Assembly (NCBI GenBank): GCA_038087875.1
Contig: CM075988.1
Location: 23,624,001-23,688,000 of the forward strand
DNA from: Malacoraja senta
Lineage: Eukaryota
DNA: 64,000 nt
Direction of reading: 5' to 3'
Under the pieces are notes generated by a model. That model saw nothing but the letters and a program-made list of their open reading frames with translations. It had not been told where the DNA came from and made no database searches. Numbering within the stretch: position 1 is the first letter of the stretch; the number at the start of each line of letters is the position of its first letter. A program made the position numbers and the translations under genes. This document shows, in pieces, positions 37,966 to 51,700 of the stretch.

Positions 37966-39581
37966 TGGTTGTCAGAATTCAGTCTGAGGCAATCTTGTTT
38001 TATGTTTAAGAAGGAACTGCAGATGCTGGAAAATCGAAGGTAGACACAATAGACAATAGGTGCAGGAGAAGGCCATTCGGCCCTTCGTGCCAGCACCGCC
38101 ATTCAATGTGATCATGGCTGATCATCCCCAATCAGTACCCCGTTCCTGCCTTCTCCCCATATCCCCTGACTCTGCTATTTTTAAGAGCCCTATCTAGCTC
38201 TTTCTTGAAAGCATCCAGAGAACCTGCCTCCACCGCCCTCCGAGGCATGGAATTCCAAAATGCTGGAGAAACTCAGCAGGTGAGGCAGCATCTGTGGAGC
38301 GAAGGAATTGACAATAGACAATAGGCGCAGGAGTAGGCCATTCGGCCCTTCGAGCCAGCACCGCCATTCAATGTGATCACGGCTGATCATCCCCAATCAG
38401 AATAGACAATAGACAGTTTCGGGTCGAAACCAATCTTCAGACCCGAAACGTTGCCTATTTCCTTCGCTCCATAGATGCTGCCTCACCCGCTGAGTTTCTC
38501 CAACATTTTTGTCTACCTGCAATCTTGCTTTAATTTCATTTCCCTTATAAATCTGCACATCCGTCTATACCGTATAAGCCATTCAGTTCCTTCTGTACAC
38601 TCCAACCTTACTGCCCACGTGCTGCTTCAATGTGGGGCAAATAAGTTACAAAAGCTTTTCACTGTACCTCAGTAAACATAAGAATGAACTAACTAAACTA
38701 ATCCTGTGTTTAGTTTCTAGTTGAAATGTAGACTGACAGTTGTAATAAATAAATATTAAATACAAAATGAATATAGATGAAATGTACCCTCATCCCGTGA
38801 GGGGTTGCATTGGGTGAATGGATATATATGTAATAACAGTACTTAAACAATGGACCCAAAGTGCTGGAGTAACTCAGTGAGTCAGGCAGCATCACTGGAG
38901 AAGGTTCTCTGGAGATGCTTCCTGGCCTGCTGAGTCACTCCAGAACTTTGTGTCCCTTTGTTTGTGTATTAACCAGCATCTGCAGTTCTTTGTTTCTACT
39001 ACTTGTACTCAACTAAATTAGTTAGTGTGAGTAATGGTGAATCTATTATCTTACCCTTGGTATGATTGTGCCTAATCTATAGTAGGATTGTCACTAAACT
39101 GTATAAATAAAAAAATATCACGGTACTTAGGTCCATGTGATATTAAAATGCCATTGGTGAGGGATGGGAGCACTGGGGAAAATATTCTGTGCTTAACATC
39201 TCAGCTGATGGGCGGCACCTCCGAGCCCTGCGGTCAACCTCCCAATGAATCTTCTGAATTTGTAGTCGGCAGGGCAGTACTCTGCATATCGCCAACTTGA
39301 ATGAATGAATGAAAATGAAAGCAAGAAGATGTCAGGGGCTTTGGGGAGAAGGCACGAGAATCGGGTTGAGAGGGAAAGCTAGATGAGTAATGTTTGAATG
39401 GCAGAGTGGTCTTGATGGGCTGAATTCTGTTCCTATTAAACTTTATGAACTCGTGAAAAAGGACCTAAGGGGGCATTTTTTTTCCCACATGGAGCTGCCC
39501 ATATAGAACAAGCTGCCAGAGGAAGTGGTGGAGGCGTCATAAAAACAAGTCATAAAAACACAAAATACATGAAACAGCCAG

Positions 39582-39587
39582 TTTATT
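39582..39587 (-). terminator. TREH polyadenylation signal overlapping the stop codon
   Basis: TTC TAA TAAAC gives AATAAA; a U/GU-rich element follows ~20-45 nt downstream. Confidence 0.55.
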
Positions 39588-39726
39588 AGAACCAAAAGAA
39601 CAATAAAGAGATTTGAAGAATAGCATATACAGGGAATCCAGTCAACTTCATGGTTCCTGATACGAGCTGGTATCCATACTCATCCAAGAGCTGCAAAGCT
39701 ACTCCATTTGTCCATCCAAATCCCAC
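39586..39726 (-). CDS. TREH: TREH coding exon 15 (terminal, GPI-signal-like tail)
   Basis: VGFGWTNGVALQLLDEYG...SGT...YAILQISLLFFWF-TAA. Confidence 0.95.
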   Translation of the reverse strand: MGFGWTNGVALQLLDEYGYQLVSGTMKLTGFPVYAILQISLLFFWF

Positions 39727-42700
39727 CTGTGGACAGATAATAGATAAACAAGAAACCAATTGGAACAACACAGCTAGAAAGTGGTTAGTATAACCTGTAA
39801 CTCCAACTCCAACTCCAATTTCAGACTCCAACTCTTGCAGAACTGACCAGAGTTAAAGGATGAAAGACTACATGGATAGGACAAGTTTAGAGGGATATGG
39901 GCCAAACGCAGGCAAGTGGGACTAGTGTAGATGTGACATGCTGGTCAACGTGGGCAAGTTGAGCCGAAGGGCCTATTTCCACGCTGTATCACTCTAGTAA
40001 CTGATTAACATTAAAGCATTTCAAAAGGAGCTGGTACCAGATTTGGAAAGAAAACTAACCTGCACGTCATATTCTCCACCCCCGCCTGGTTCACTGTCAC
40101 CATTCACATCATACTGCAAAACCAAAACAGGTTACTCAGGTAAAATGTGGTCAACAATGGCAAAGCTCACTCCTTGTCAATGAGGAACCTATACTATTAA
40201 GTGGGATGAACTCAAGATTAGACATTTTGCTTGGGCAGCTTACAGCACCTCACATTTCATTTTTGCAGTTTACAACCCAGCGATATGAACGTGGATTTTC
40301 TCCAATTTCAAGTAACCCCTCCCCATTCCCCCAAGTATATTAAACATCCAGTGTGCATTAAACATCACCCCAGGAAACCACCCGATCCTCACATCACTGC
40401 ACCGTAGCCCTGAGTTCTGCAGGCTTTGCATATCTGATTCTATGTAAATTCGGAACCATGGGACAGAAAAGGAATGTGTGTCCAGTAGAGAGACTGCACA
40501 ATCACCGAGGAAGGAGAGGTTTGCACAGCACAGTTCAACAAGAGGGACGCAGCCCACACCTGTCCAGCACAAACATTTTAACACATTTTAACAGTTGTTC
40601 AAACCACAACAAAAATCAATTTCACCTTCTCAAACATGGCTTTGTGCTTTCTGTACAAAACCAAATTTGCTCGAATCCAATTCAGTGCTTGTTCCAATGC
40701 AATTCTCTTACCGTTTTCAGAGTTAGACTTTGCCAGACCTACGTTGTCAAAAAAAGAAAAATTCAAAAAGAATAAAGCGTTCAGGTCATATCAAGCCAAT
40801 CCAGTCAATTCAAAGACCAAGGTCCTCCCCTCGCATTCTCAAAGCATGACAGAAGGGAAAAGAAAGATTAACAAAATCTATTCAAATTATTTAGTCGAGG
40901 ATAAACACTTGATGATTCCTACATGGACAACGTGAGCCACAACAGCCAACCGGTGGGGGTGGGAGATTGCAACCTTCACCTGGTCCGCCCTGTTTCGACG
41001 AATGCAATCAACCTGGCGTGCACAATCAAATAAGATCAAATAGAACAAGTTGTCCTACAACTTTAGGCTGTGCATGCCATACGCAAGAAGAAGATGCGAA
41101 CCAGTGAAGGGCTCGCTGGTGCAGATAAAATCAAACTCAAATAAAATTTTGCTTTACCTTCGATGATGATTTGCTGGAGTGGAGGCCAGGCATTGGGGTA
41201 ATCCCACTGCTCACCACTCGGCACCAGTGAAGTTGGAATTCCATTCCTATACCAAAGGAGACGATGGTCCTGAAAAGTGCAGCACAGATCTCAATAAAGG
41301 CACACGAGAAAAATACACACAGCATGCAGTTTATTTCCATCGCCCATCGTGCCACTCCTGGCTGCGAGAAGCATCCATGCTGAGCATCATCTCCAATAAC
41401 TCTAGCTGGAATGCACAACAGGCAGTGTTAGGAACCATCGACTCTACCTCTTTCCAACAGCTGGTACCAAAAGGAGCGAACGCAGGCCAAATCAATCTCC
41501 CCCATCCACAACATGCAGATCTGCAACTCCACCCCCCCCCCCCCCTCAACCACCCGTCCAAACAACCCACCAACAGGGCGACACAGTGGTGCAACAGTAG
41601 TGTTGCTGCCTTACAGCACGAGACCCAGGTTCTATCCAGACTACAGGTGCTGTCTGCACAAAGTTTGTTCGTTCTCCCTATGACCTCATGGGTTTTCCCT
41701 GGGTGCTCCAGTTTCCTCCCACACTCCAAAGACGTATCGGTTTGTAGATTCATTGGCTTCAGCAAGTTGTAAAAATTTCCCTAGTGTGTGTAGGTTAGTG
41801 TATGGGGTGATCGCTGGTCGGCGCTTACTTGGTGAACTGAAGGGCTCGTTTCCGCGTTGTATCTCTAAAGTCTATAATAAAGTCTAAAGTAAACAGTCCA
41901 TCCAAATACCAATGGCTAAGGTGTTCTGGACTTGATCTTGCACCAAATGTCATTTTATTTTTCATGTATCTGTACACTGCGGATGGCTTGATAGTAATCG
42001 CGTATAGTCTTTCTGTGGTTAGCTTGCAACAAAAGCTCTTCACTGTACCGAGTGTGTGTAGGTTAGTGTACTGGGTGATCGCTGGTCAGGGCTTACTTGG
42101 TAAACCTTAAACTGGTTTGTGTAAGAAAGAACTGCAGATGCTGGTTTAAATCGAAGGCGGACACAAAATGCAGGAGTAACTCAGCGAGTGAGGCAGCATC
42201 TCTGGAGAAAAGGAATGGGCGACGTTTCAGGTCGAGACCCTTCTTCAGACTTAAACTGTGGTTCCTCGGATAGCAAATAACTGGAAATGACGACATCTCT
42301 CAAATGCCCACGTGATACCACAGTCAACGGCATTTGCTCACTCAAGGCTGAAGGCTGCCCTTTCCCTTCTCTACCCATCTACACAAGACGCATAACAAGG
42401 GTAAAGTAATGGGAGTAGGATTACCTCTAGGTATTGAATCACCATCTCTGTGGGCTGTCCTGGTTCCTGTTCAACAAAGCATTCAGCCCAGAGAGGAGCC
42501 ACGTTGGAAGCATAGAATGCATCATTGCTCTTGTTATTCATTAAATTAAAATCAAACCAAATTCCTTGTTGATCGTCCCATAAAACTTCATGCACAGCAT
42601 CAATTCGTCTGTCCCTGGCCTCCTTATAGAACTGGGCCTTTGCAGAGTTACCTGAAAGACAGACAATTGCATTGGGGGAGCTGGTATTGGCAGAGGGATG

Positions 42701-45700
42701 AAATGAGACGACGGCACAGACAACATAAAGCGGTCTAACACTGGGATTCTGACGTGGACAGGGTATGTGTAAGGAACAGCAGATGCTGATGGGTCTCAGC
42801 CCGAAACGTCACCTATTCCTGTTCTCCAGAAATGCTGTCTGAACCACTGAGTTACTCCATCTTGAGTTGCGTCTATCCTCGGACTGTAGGCATGGTCTTA
42901 TTGGTGGCAGAAATGGAGCTTGCTACACTTGTACAGTACAATATGTAATGCTTTCAATGAATTACATCTTCATGGGATTCCCATATTATTTCATGCTCAA
43001 ACTTAGACCTTTGAGCTTTATTGACCAGCAATTGAGATTCCAATTAATGTAGAATGCCGAGCATACTTAGCAGGTCAGACAGTAGCTGTATTGAAAGAAA
43101 ATTAATCCCCAAAAAAGTTATTGACTGTTTTTCTTTCCATAGATGTTGCCTTCTGCATATTGTTAGCACTTTGGGCTTTTATTTATTTCCCACATTGTCA
43201 ATTTTTTCACTAATCTCAGTAAATGACTGGCGCCTTACATTGTAACTATGTCCCCTTGTTTTCACCAGAGTCACAGACATCTTAATGTTTCTCCTGTCAA
43301 ACACCCCCAGAATCTTATATACGTAAATAAAGTCACACTTCATTCTTCAAAAGTTCAAGCACCACATGCCCCACAGAGGTAATGCAAGAAAGATTCACCA
43401 GATCGATTCCTGGGATTAGAGGGATATAGAAACATAGAAATTAGGTGCAGGAGTAGGCCATTCGGCCCTTCGAGCCTGCACCGCCATTCAATATGATCAT
43501 GGCTGATCATCCAACTCAGTATCCCGTACCTGCCTTCTCTCCATACCCTCTGATCCCTTTAGCCACAAGGGCCACATCTAACTCCCTCTTAAATATAGCC
43601 AATGAACTGGCCTCGACTACCCTCTGTGGCAGAGAGTTCCAGAGATTCACCACTCTCTGTGTGAAAAAAGTTCTTCTCATCTCGGTTTTAAAGGATTTCC
43701 CCCTTATCCTTAAGCTGTGACCCCTTGTCCTAGACTTCCCCAACATCAGGAGCAATCTTCCTGCATCTAGCCTGTCCAACCCCTTAAGAATTTTGTAAGT
43801 TTCTATAAGATCCCCTCTCAATCTCCTAAATTCTAGAGAGTATAAACCAAGTCTATCCAGTCTTTCTTCATAAGACAGTCCTGACATCCCAGGAATCAGT
43901 CTGGTGAACCTTCTCTGCACTCCCTCTATGGCAATAATGTCCTTCCTCAGATTTGGAGACCAAAACTGTACGCAATACTCCAGGTGTGGTCTTACCAAGA
44001 CCCTGTACAACTGCAGTAGAACCTCCCTGCTCCTCTACTCAAATCATTTTGCTATGATATCTGGGGAACTTTGTCCGAGTAAGATTAATTAAGCCTCAGC
44101 TGCCCATGCCTCCTTTTACTGACTGGCTGATTAGCCTTCATCAACCAGAGTTCCCCAGACCCACCAGCCTTGCCCTTCATTCCAACAGGAACACGATGCC
44201 CCAGAACTCCCCCATATACACCTGCTAAAGCCTCATTTGTGACGGACATCCCTACACTTGCAAGCAGCATCTCCCAATCAACCTCTGCAACTTCATGTCC
44301 ACTACCTTCAAAATTGGAGAGACACACAAAATGCTGGAGTAACTCAGCGGGACAGGCAGCATCTCTGGAGAGAAGGAATGGGTGACGTTTTGGGTCAAGA
44401 CCCTTCTTCAGACCTCTCACATTCCTTCAAAATTGGCCTTGCTTCAATTCAGGATTTTAACATGTGGACCAGACTTAGCTTTATCCATAACTATTTTAAG
44501 ACTAATTATGGTCACTCTTCCAAAGTGTCCCCCTATGCTTCAGATACTTGCTCTGTCTCATTCCGAGATAAGAGGTCTCTATATACTTGTGATAAAATAA
44601 GACTGTTCTCATTAGGGAGAAATACTTCTAAAGAATGTGAATCAAAGCTCATGCTGTGAAGGTTCCACACCAGTATGTGATTGTAACAAGCAGAGCAAGA
44701 TTCAACATCCTGCTTAGTGTCATCTGGTCAGTTAACCACTATATCATGATTGTTGATCAGAAAAAGAAACAATATTATAATACAAAATTCTCCTCTGGCA
44801 ACGGTGACACAGCATTAGAGTTGCTGCCTAACAGAGCCAGAGACACTGGTTCAATCCTGACTACTGGTGCTTGTCTGTACAGAATTTGTACGTTCTCCCA
44901 AGACCTGTGTGAGTTTCTCCATGATCTCCGGTTTCCTCCCACTTTCCAAAGACATACAGGTTTCTAGGCTAATTGGCTTGGTATAATTGTAAATTGTCCC
45001 TAGAGTGTAGGATAGCATTCGTGTGCGGGGATCGCGGGTCAGCGTCGAATCGCTGGGCCGAAGGGCCTGTTTCGCGCTGTATCTCCAAACTAAACTCATT
45101 AATAATACAGACCCAGCTGCTGATGAAACCGTTCCAGGATTTGCTCATTCTTGCACAGGATGGAGTTTAAATCAACAGGAATGATGTGCGTGGCTTTTGT
45201 GTCTTTTAATGTTCCATTATTCTCCCCATTGGAATCAATGAACCAGCGCGATGAGAAATCCCAGCCAGACTCAGCGCCGGTTTTCAGCTCGACCCAGAGT
45301 TGTCTTCGGGCAGCTGAGGGGGTCAACAAACAATCAGCATCACGTGAGTAGTTGGAATACTAAACAATAAATGTCGGCACAGTGGCGCAGCGGCAGATTT
45401 GCTGCCTTACAGCATCAGGGACCCAAGATCGATCCCGACCACAGGTGCTGTCTGTACGGAGTTTGTACATTTTCCCCGCGACCAAGTGAGTTTTCTTCGG
45501 GGGGGCTCTGGTTTCCACCAACATTCAAAGACGTGCAGGTTTGTAAGTTAACTAGCTATGTAAATTGTCCCTAGTGTGTGGCATAGAACTGGTATAAGAG
45601 TGATCGTGGTCGGCACGGACTCGGTGGCCTGAAGGGCCTGTTTCCATGCTGTATCTCTAAACGAACACTAAATTAGAGATGTTTAAGGAGGAATTGCAGA

Positions 45701-48700
45701 TGCTGGAAAAATCGAAAGTAGACAAAAAATGCTGGGGAAACTCAGCGGGTGAGGCAGCATCTATGGAGAGAAGGAATAGGTGACGTTTCGGGTCGAGACC
45801 AAGGGTCGACCCGAAACGTCGCCTATTCCTTCTCTCGATAGATGCTGCCTCACCTGCTGAGTTTCTCCAGCATTTTTTGTCTATTAAATTAAAGATTGTA
45901 GCCTAGTTTCTGGTGCAGGGCTGCAGATCAACTGCGGGAAGAATGCATACATCTGAGACGTCATGATATCCAAAAATGGGTGGTAAATGCCAGCTTTCCA
46001 ATGTCTACCATGGTCTTACATCACAACGTTAAATTATTAGTGGCGAAATGATTATTCAATGTAAGAGTCAGGTTTCAGAATGCACCATATTGAATAAAGC
46101 TTCCTCCACAGCATCGTGGAGCAGCTTGAAGATTGATTTCCATGAATATATATTTGTTTAAACATACCTTCTGTTAGATTCTGTCCCAATTCTACATCCT
46201 TGCTGTACGACTCAGGCCTGTTTTTTGGAAAAAGCAATTTATTTTCAACAAACATTTTAAAAATCCATCAGTAGATCCAAATTCCCAAGCAATGGTCTAT
46301 CTTGGTAACATTTATTAGCTTGTCAATCAGTAACTGTTTTTTTCTTCACAATATTGCTATGCCATAACAATGAAATTCATACAAAAAGCATCTGTGGTAC
46401 AGTTGCTGTATTCTTAGTCAGAGTGATGCAGCATGGAAACAGGCCCTTCAGCCCATACAGGCCAACATGTCCCCATCTACACTAGTCCCACCTGCCCGTG
46501 TTTGGCCCATACCCCTCCAAACCTGTCCTATCCATGCACCTGTCTAATTGTCACTTAAATGTTCGGATAGTCCCAGCCTCAACTACCTCCTCTGGCAGCT
46601 CATTCCATGCACCCACCACCCTTTGTGTGGAAAAAGTTACCCCCTCAGATTCCTATTAAATCTCTCCCCCTTCACCTTAAACCCATGTTCTCTAGCTCTC
46701 TTCTATTCTTCGTAGTGCTTAAGCAAAGAGCTTTGCATGATGAAACAAGTGAAGGGATTCCGTATATACCTGGGGCCAGCTGCTTCAACGTTATACCGAT
46801 TCAGAGAATGAGTTTTGCCTCCAAAGGTGAAAGACACAGATCGATTCGTCATCCAGTATTCATACTCCTTGTCTAAGGGACCAATGCATTCCCTAATTGA
46901 AAAATATATATGTGTTTAAGAAGGAACTGCAGATGCTGGAAAATCGAAGGTAGACAAAAGTGCTGGAGAAACTCAGCGGGTGCAGCAGCATCTATGGAGC
47001 GAAGGAAATGGGCAACGTTTCGGGCCAAAACCCTTCTTCAGATCAGTCCGAAGAAGGGTTTCGGCCCGAAGCTTTGCCTATTTCCTTCGCTCCATAGATG
47101 CTGCTGCACCCGCTGAGTTTCTCCAGCACTTTTGTCTACCTTTGAAAAATATATAACCAGTTACTCTAAAGTGTGGAGACATCAAGGAAACAAGCATTAA
47201 CAACAATCTTAATTCAATTACTTGTAGTAAATTTTATCAAGCCAATTAGGGGCCTAATTTGGTGGAGTTGTTGCCATACAGTGCCAGAGACCCGGGTTTG
47301 ATCCTGACTACGGGCGCTTGTCTGTACAGAGTTTGTACGTTCTCCCCATGACCTGTGTGTGTATTAACTGGGAGCTCTGGTTTCCTTTTACATGTGCCAA
47401 TAACGCTTCATTCATTCATTCTCCAAAGACGTACAGGTTTATAGGCTAATTGGCTTTGTACAATTGTAAGTTGTCCCCAGTGTGTAGGAGAGTGTTAGTG
47501 TACAGGGATCGCTGATCGTCACGGACTCAGGGGGCCAAAGGGCCTGTTTCCCCGCTGTATCTCTAAACTAAACCAATTAATAATTATAGCCGTTGTTGCA
47601 GCACTGGCAAGACCAAATACGTGGACCATTCTTGACCAACCCAGAATACCATGGGCAAGGGTGGGAGGGATTCTTCAACTACTGCAGTTGAGAGTCAACC
47701 ATGTCAATGAAGGCTGCTGTGGCATGTTGGCACAAACTAAGCCAAGATGGCAGGTTTCCTTCTTTACAGACAGAATAACTTGGTTTTAAGACAATCCAAC
47801 AATTACACACAAATAGCAAAATAGAATAAGTTCGAATATAAATAAGCTGATATGTATTCAGCAGGGTAATGTGGTAACACACAACTGTACACAGGTTTTT
47901 TTAATTAAGGGTCAAGAACAGCAAGTTATTCTTCAATGCATTGATGGTTATCTGCATCAAAACATTTGACGAAGTCCAACCTGAAAATTAAAACCCTAAT
48001 CGGATCCAAGGCAAAGGAGGCAGGTTAGACCCAATATTGTTTCAGCAACAGGTTAACGTCTGACAGCTGACAAATAACTCACTTCAAAAAGGCTGTATCA
48101 TTTGTAGCAAAGATGTAGCTCTCCATCATCAGGGCCAGAAATGGTGGCTGACTTCTTCGCTGATAATACACGCGGCCCCCATTTGGGATGAAGCCAAATC
48201 TGCAAAACAAGAAAAAGTCATGAAGTAACACATTCCAGTCTGCTTTCCTCCTTGTCCCAACCTAACACAGGCTTAGTTGACAGATGCTGGCCATGTTTAA
48301 TAGCAGTCCCTGAGATTGGCAGAAGCTGCAAATGAAACTGGATCCAAATGAGAAATCATTGAACTTGAAACTGAATTTAAAAAACTACAAGGGGTTATGA
48401 TAAAGAACAAATCTCCAGAAAGTGCAAGAAAAAATTTAAAAGTTTAACAGTCTTCCAGCACCTCAATCTATCTAACAACGATTCATACATCTCAGCAGGA
48501 ATCCTGCCATTTTCTTCTCCAGCTTTTGTATAATTAATTTAGTTTATTATAGACATAGACAATAGGAGCAGGAGTAGGCCATTCGCCCCTTCGAGCCAGC
48601 ACCACCATTCAATGTGATCATGGCTGATCATCCACAATCAGTACCTTATTCCTGCCTTCTCCCCATATCCCTTGACTCTGCTATCTTTAAGAGCTCTATC

Positions 48701-51700
48701 CAACTCTCTCTTGAAAGCATCTAGAGAATTGGCCTCCACTGCCTTCTAGGGCAGAGAATTCCACAGATTCACAACTCTCTGGGTGAAAGTTTGTCGTTAT
48801 CTCTGTTCTAAATGGCCTACCCCTTATACTTAAACTGTGGCCCCTGGTTCTGGACTCCCCCAAAATCGGGAACATGTTTCCTGCCTCTAGCGTGTCCAAT
48901 CCCTTAATAATCTTATATGTTTCAATAAGATCCCCTCTCATCCTTCTAAACTCCAGAGTATACACGTCACATGTACCGATGAACAGAGAAATGCTTTTTG
49001 GTGCGTGCTATCCAGTCAGTGAAAAGACTACGCATGATTACAATGGAGTCTTCCAGGGAAGATACAGGATAAAGGGAATAATATTTAGTGCAAGATAAAG
49101 TCCAGTAAAGTCCTAAAGATAGTCTGAGCGTCTCCAACGAGGTAAATGGTAGCTCAGGACAGCTCTCTACTTGTTGATAGAATGGTTCTGTTCCTGATAT
49201 CAGCTAGGAAGAAACTGTCCCTGAATCTGGAGGTGTATGTTTTCACACTTCTGTACCTCTTGCCTGATGGGAGAGGAGAAAAGAGGGAGTGACTCATGCG
49301 ACTCGTCCTTGATTATGCTGGTGGCCTTGCCGAGGCAGCGCAAGGTCTATATCTGTTCAACACTAGGAGACTTATCCACCTTCATGTCTTGGGATGTCTA
49401 GTGCATCTTCAACTGTAACACACTGTCCTCAAGACATCTTCATGATCAAGACTCAAGAATGTTTTATTGTCATGTGTCCCAGATAGAACACTTAAATTCA
49501 TACTTGCAGCAGCACAACAGAATACGTAAATGTAGTACACTGTAAATATAATAAATGAGAAAAAAAGTTCAGTGTGTACACACACACACACACACACACA
49601 ATAATAGCAATAATAGTCTGTAGCTCTGAGTTTCTCCAGCACTTTTGTCTACCTTCAATTTTCCAGCATCTGCAGTTCCTTCTTAAACATATAATAGTCT
49701 ATGCAGTTCAGAGCTTAATGGAGCTCAGAGATTAATAGCCAGATGGCTGAAGGGAAGAAGCTGTTCTTGAAGCTGGACGTTACAGTTTCCAGACTCAACC
49801 TGTACCTTCTTCCTGATGGCAAGGGTGAAATGAGTGTGTGGCCAGGGTGGATGGTGAAATATATATATACACTGCCTCTCAAATTTTACCTGTCGATGAG
49901 GTGAAGGAAGTTTTCAATCATTCCTTTTGCCGTTTTATTCATCTCAGAGATCAGAAGTCCTTTTATTATCCAGTAAGAGTCCCTGAAGAAAACAAAATAA
50001 TTGACATGACTCCCAATACATTAGGAAGCATTCCACTCAAGGTAGAATCAATAGTGATGTTCCTACGAGCACACTAGACAAGCTGAACAAAGGTTCCGTC
50101 CCAAAACGTCACCCATCCTTTTTCTCCAGAGATGCTGCCTGACCCACAGAGTTACTCCTGCACTTTGTGTCTGTCTAAGCTGAATAGATACATCAATCTT
50201 TTGAGATTTACCGAGCCTGTTAGAAGCGGCTCGACTAGCGTGAATACTTAATCCCTACTCCAGCACAGGAAAAGCCTTTGACAAATGTATCCTGAAGTTT
50301 GATTCTTAAACGAGGATAGGTAGTAACAGTAATGTCATTAAGCAGGTAGACAAAAAGTGCTGGAGAAACTCAGCGGGTGCAGTAGCATCTATGGAGCGAA
50401 GGAAATAGGCAACGTTTCGTACCGAAACCCTTCTTCATTAAGCAGTTTGAAGGAGCCAGTCACATTGTGCACATTCCTGGTTCTGCATTTGCCTGCTGCT
50501 TAGTTTAGCTCAGAGATACAGCACAGAAACAGGCCCTTCGGCCCGAGTCCATGCCGACCAGCGATTCATGTGTATTTACACTTTCCTACATACACTCGGG
50601 ACAATTTTACAATTATACCAAGCCAATTTTTACCTACAAAACTGCACATTTTTTTTAGTGTGGGAGGAAACCGGAGATACCCATGCAGATCATGTAGAGA
50701 AGGTACAAACTCCAGTCAGACAGCACCCATAGTCAGGATCAAACCCAGGTCTCTGGCGCTGTAAGGCAGCAACTCTACTGCTGCGCCACCGTGCCTCTGT
50801 TCTAATCTACTGCCATTTCGCAGAGGCTAAAATAGTTTAATCTGTGCAGTGGCACAAGGCCATCAGTAACAGGAAACAAATACCATGATAATCACTGATC
50901 TTGCATTTTTGTATCAACTGTAGCTATTCCAAACTCGCCTTTTCAGAATCCTACACGTACGATATCATGGCAGATTAAATTTACTGATTTTGATTAGTTC
51001 AGGTGTCAGGTGTTATGGGGGAAGGCAGGAGAATGGGGTTAGGTGGAAGAGATAGACCAGTCATGGTTGGATGGCAGAGTGGACTTGATGGGCTGAATGG
51101 CCTAATTGTGCTCCTAGAACAGTAATGTCCAGGTTCTGGAACAGCTTCTTCCCAACTCTTCAGGCTATTGAACACTGCAACCTCCAACTAAACTCTGCAC
51201 CAGCTTGGTCGCACTGGGGTCTTCAGGCTATGGTTGATTCATGGCACTAGGTTGGCTCTTATGTATTGAACTTTTTTTTCATGTTTACTATATTATCTGT
51301 TGACCAAGTTAGTGCTGCCGCAAGAAGAAAAAAAATCATGGTTCTGCTTCAGTGCATAGGACAATAAAACATTCTTGACTTTTGAAAACCAAGCTAATGT
51401 TTGCTTCACTGAAATGACAGAGTTGCCAAGGTAATAGTTTCAATTGGGGATGATACAAAGATACTGTTGGTGGAGGGGCAGGTAGTATTGAGGAAGCAGG
51501 GAATCTGCAGAATGACAGTGTGAGTGGGCAAAGAAGTGGCAGATGGAATACAGCGTCGCAAAGTTTAAAGTTTACAGTCATGCATTCTGGCAGAAGGAAT
51601 AAAGGTGTCGACTATTTTCTAAATGATTCAGAATTAGGAGCAGCCTTCATTTGCTGAATGGCCAAAATCTACTCTTGTAATTTTATAATTTACAATAGAC

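Noticed and set aside
38000..38520. CRISPR-like or regularly spaced repeat array
   Set aside because: Irregular mosaic of nested CR1 tails and hammerhead-element fragments in eukaryotic DNA; no constant repeat-spacer period
41179..41772. 197-aa plus-strand ORF
   Set aside because: Antisense to a TREH exon and runs into a V-SINE; no homology recognised
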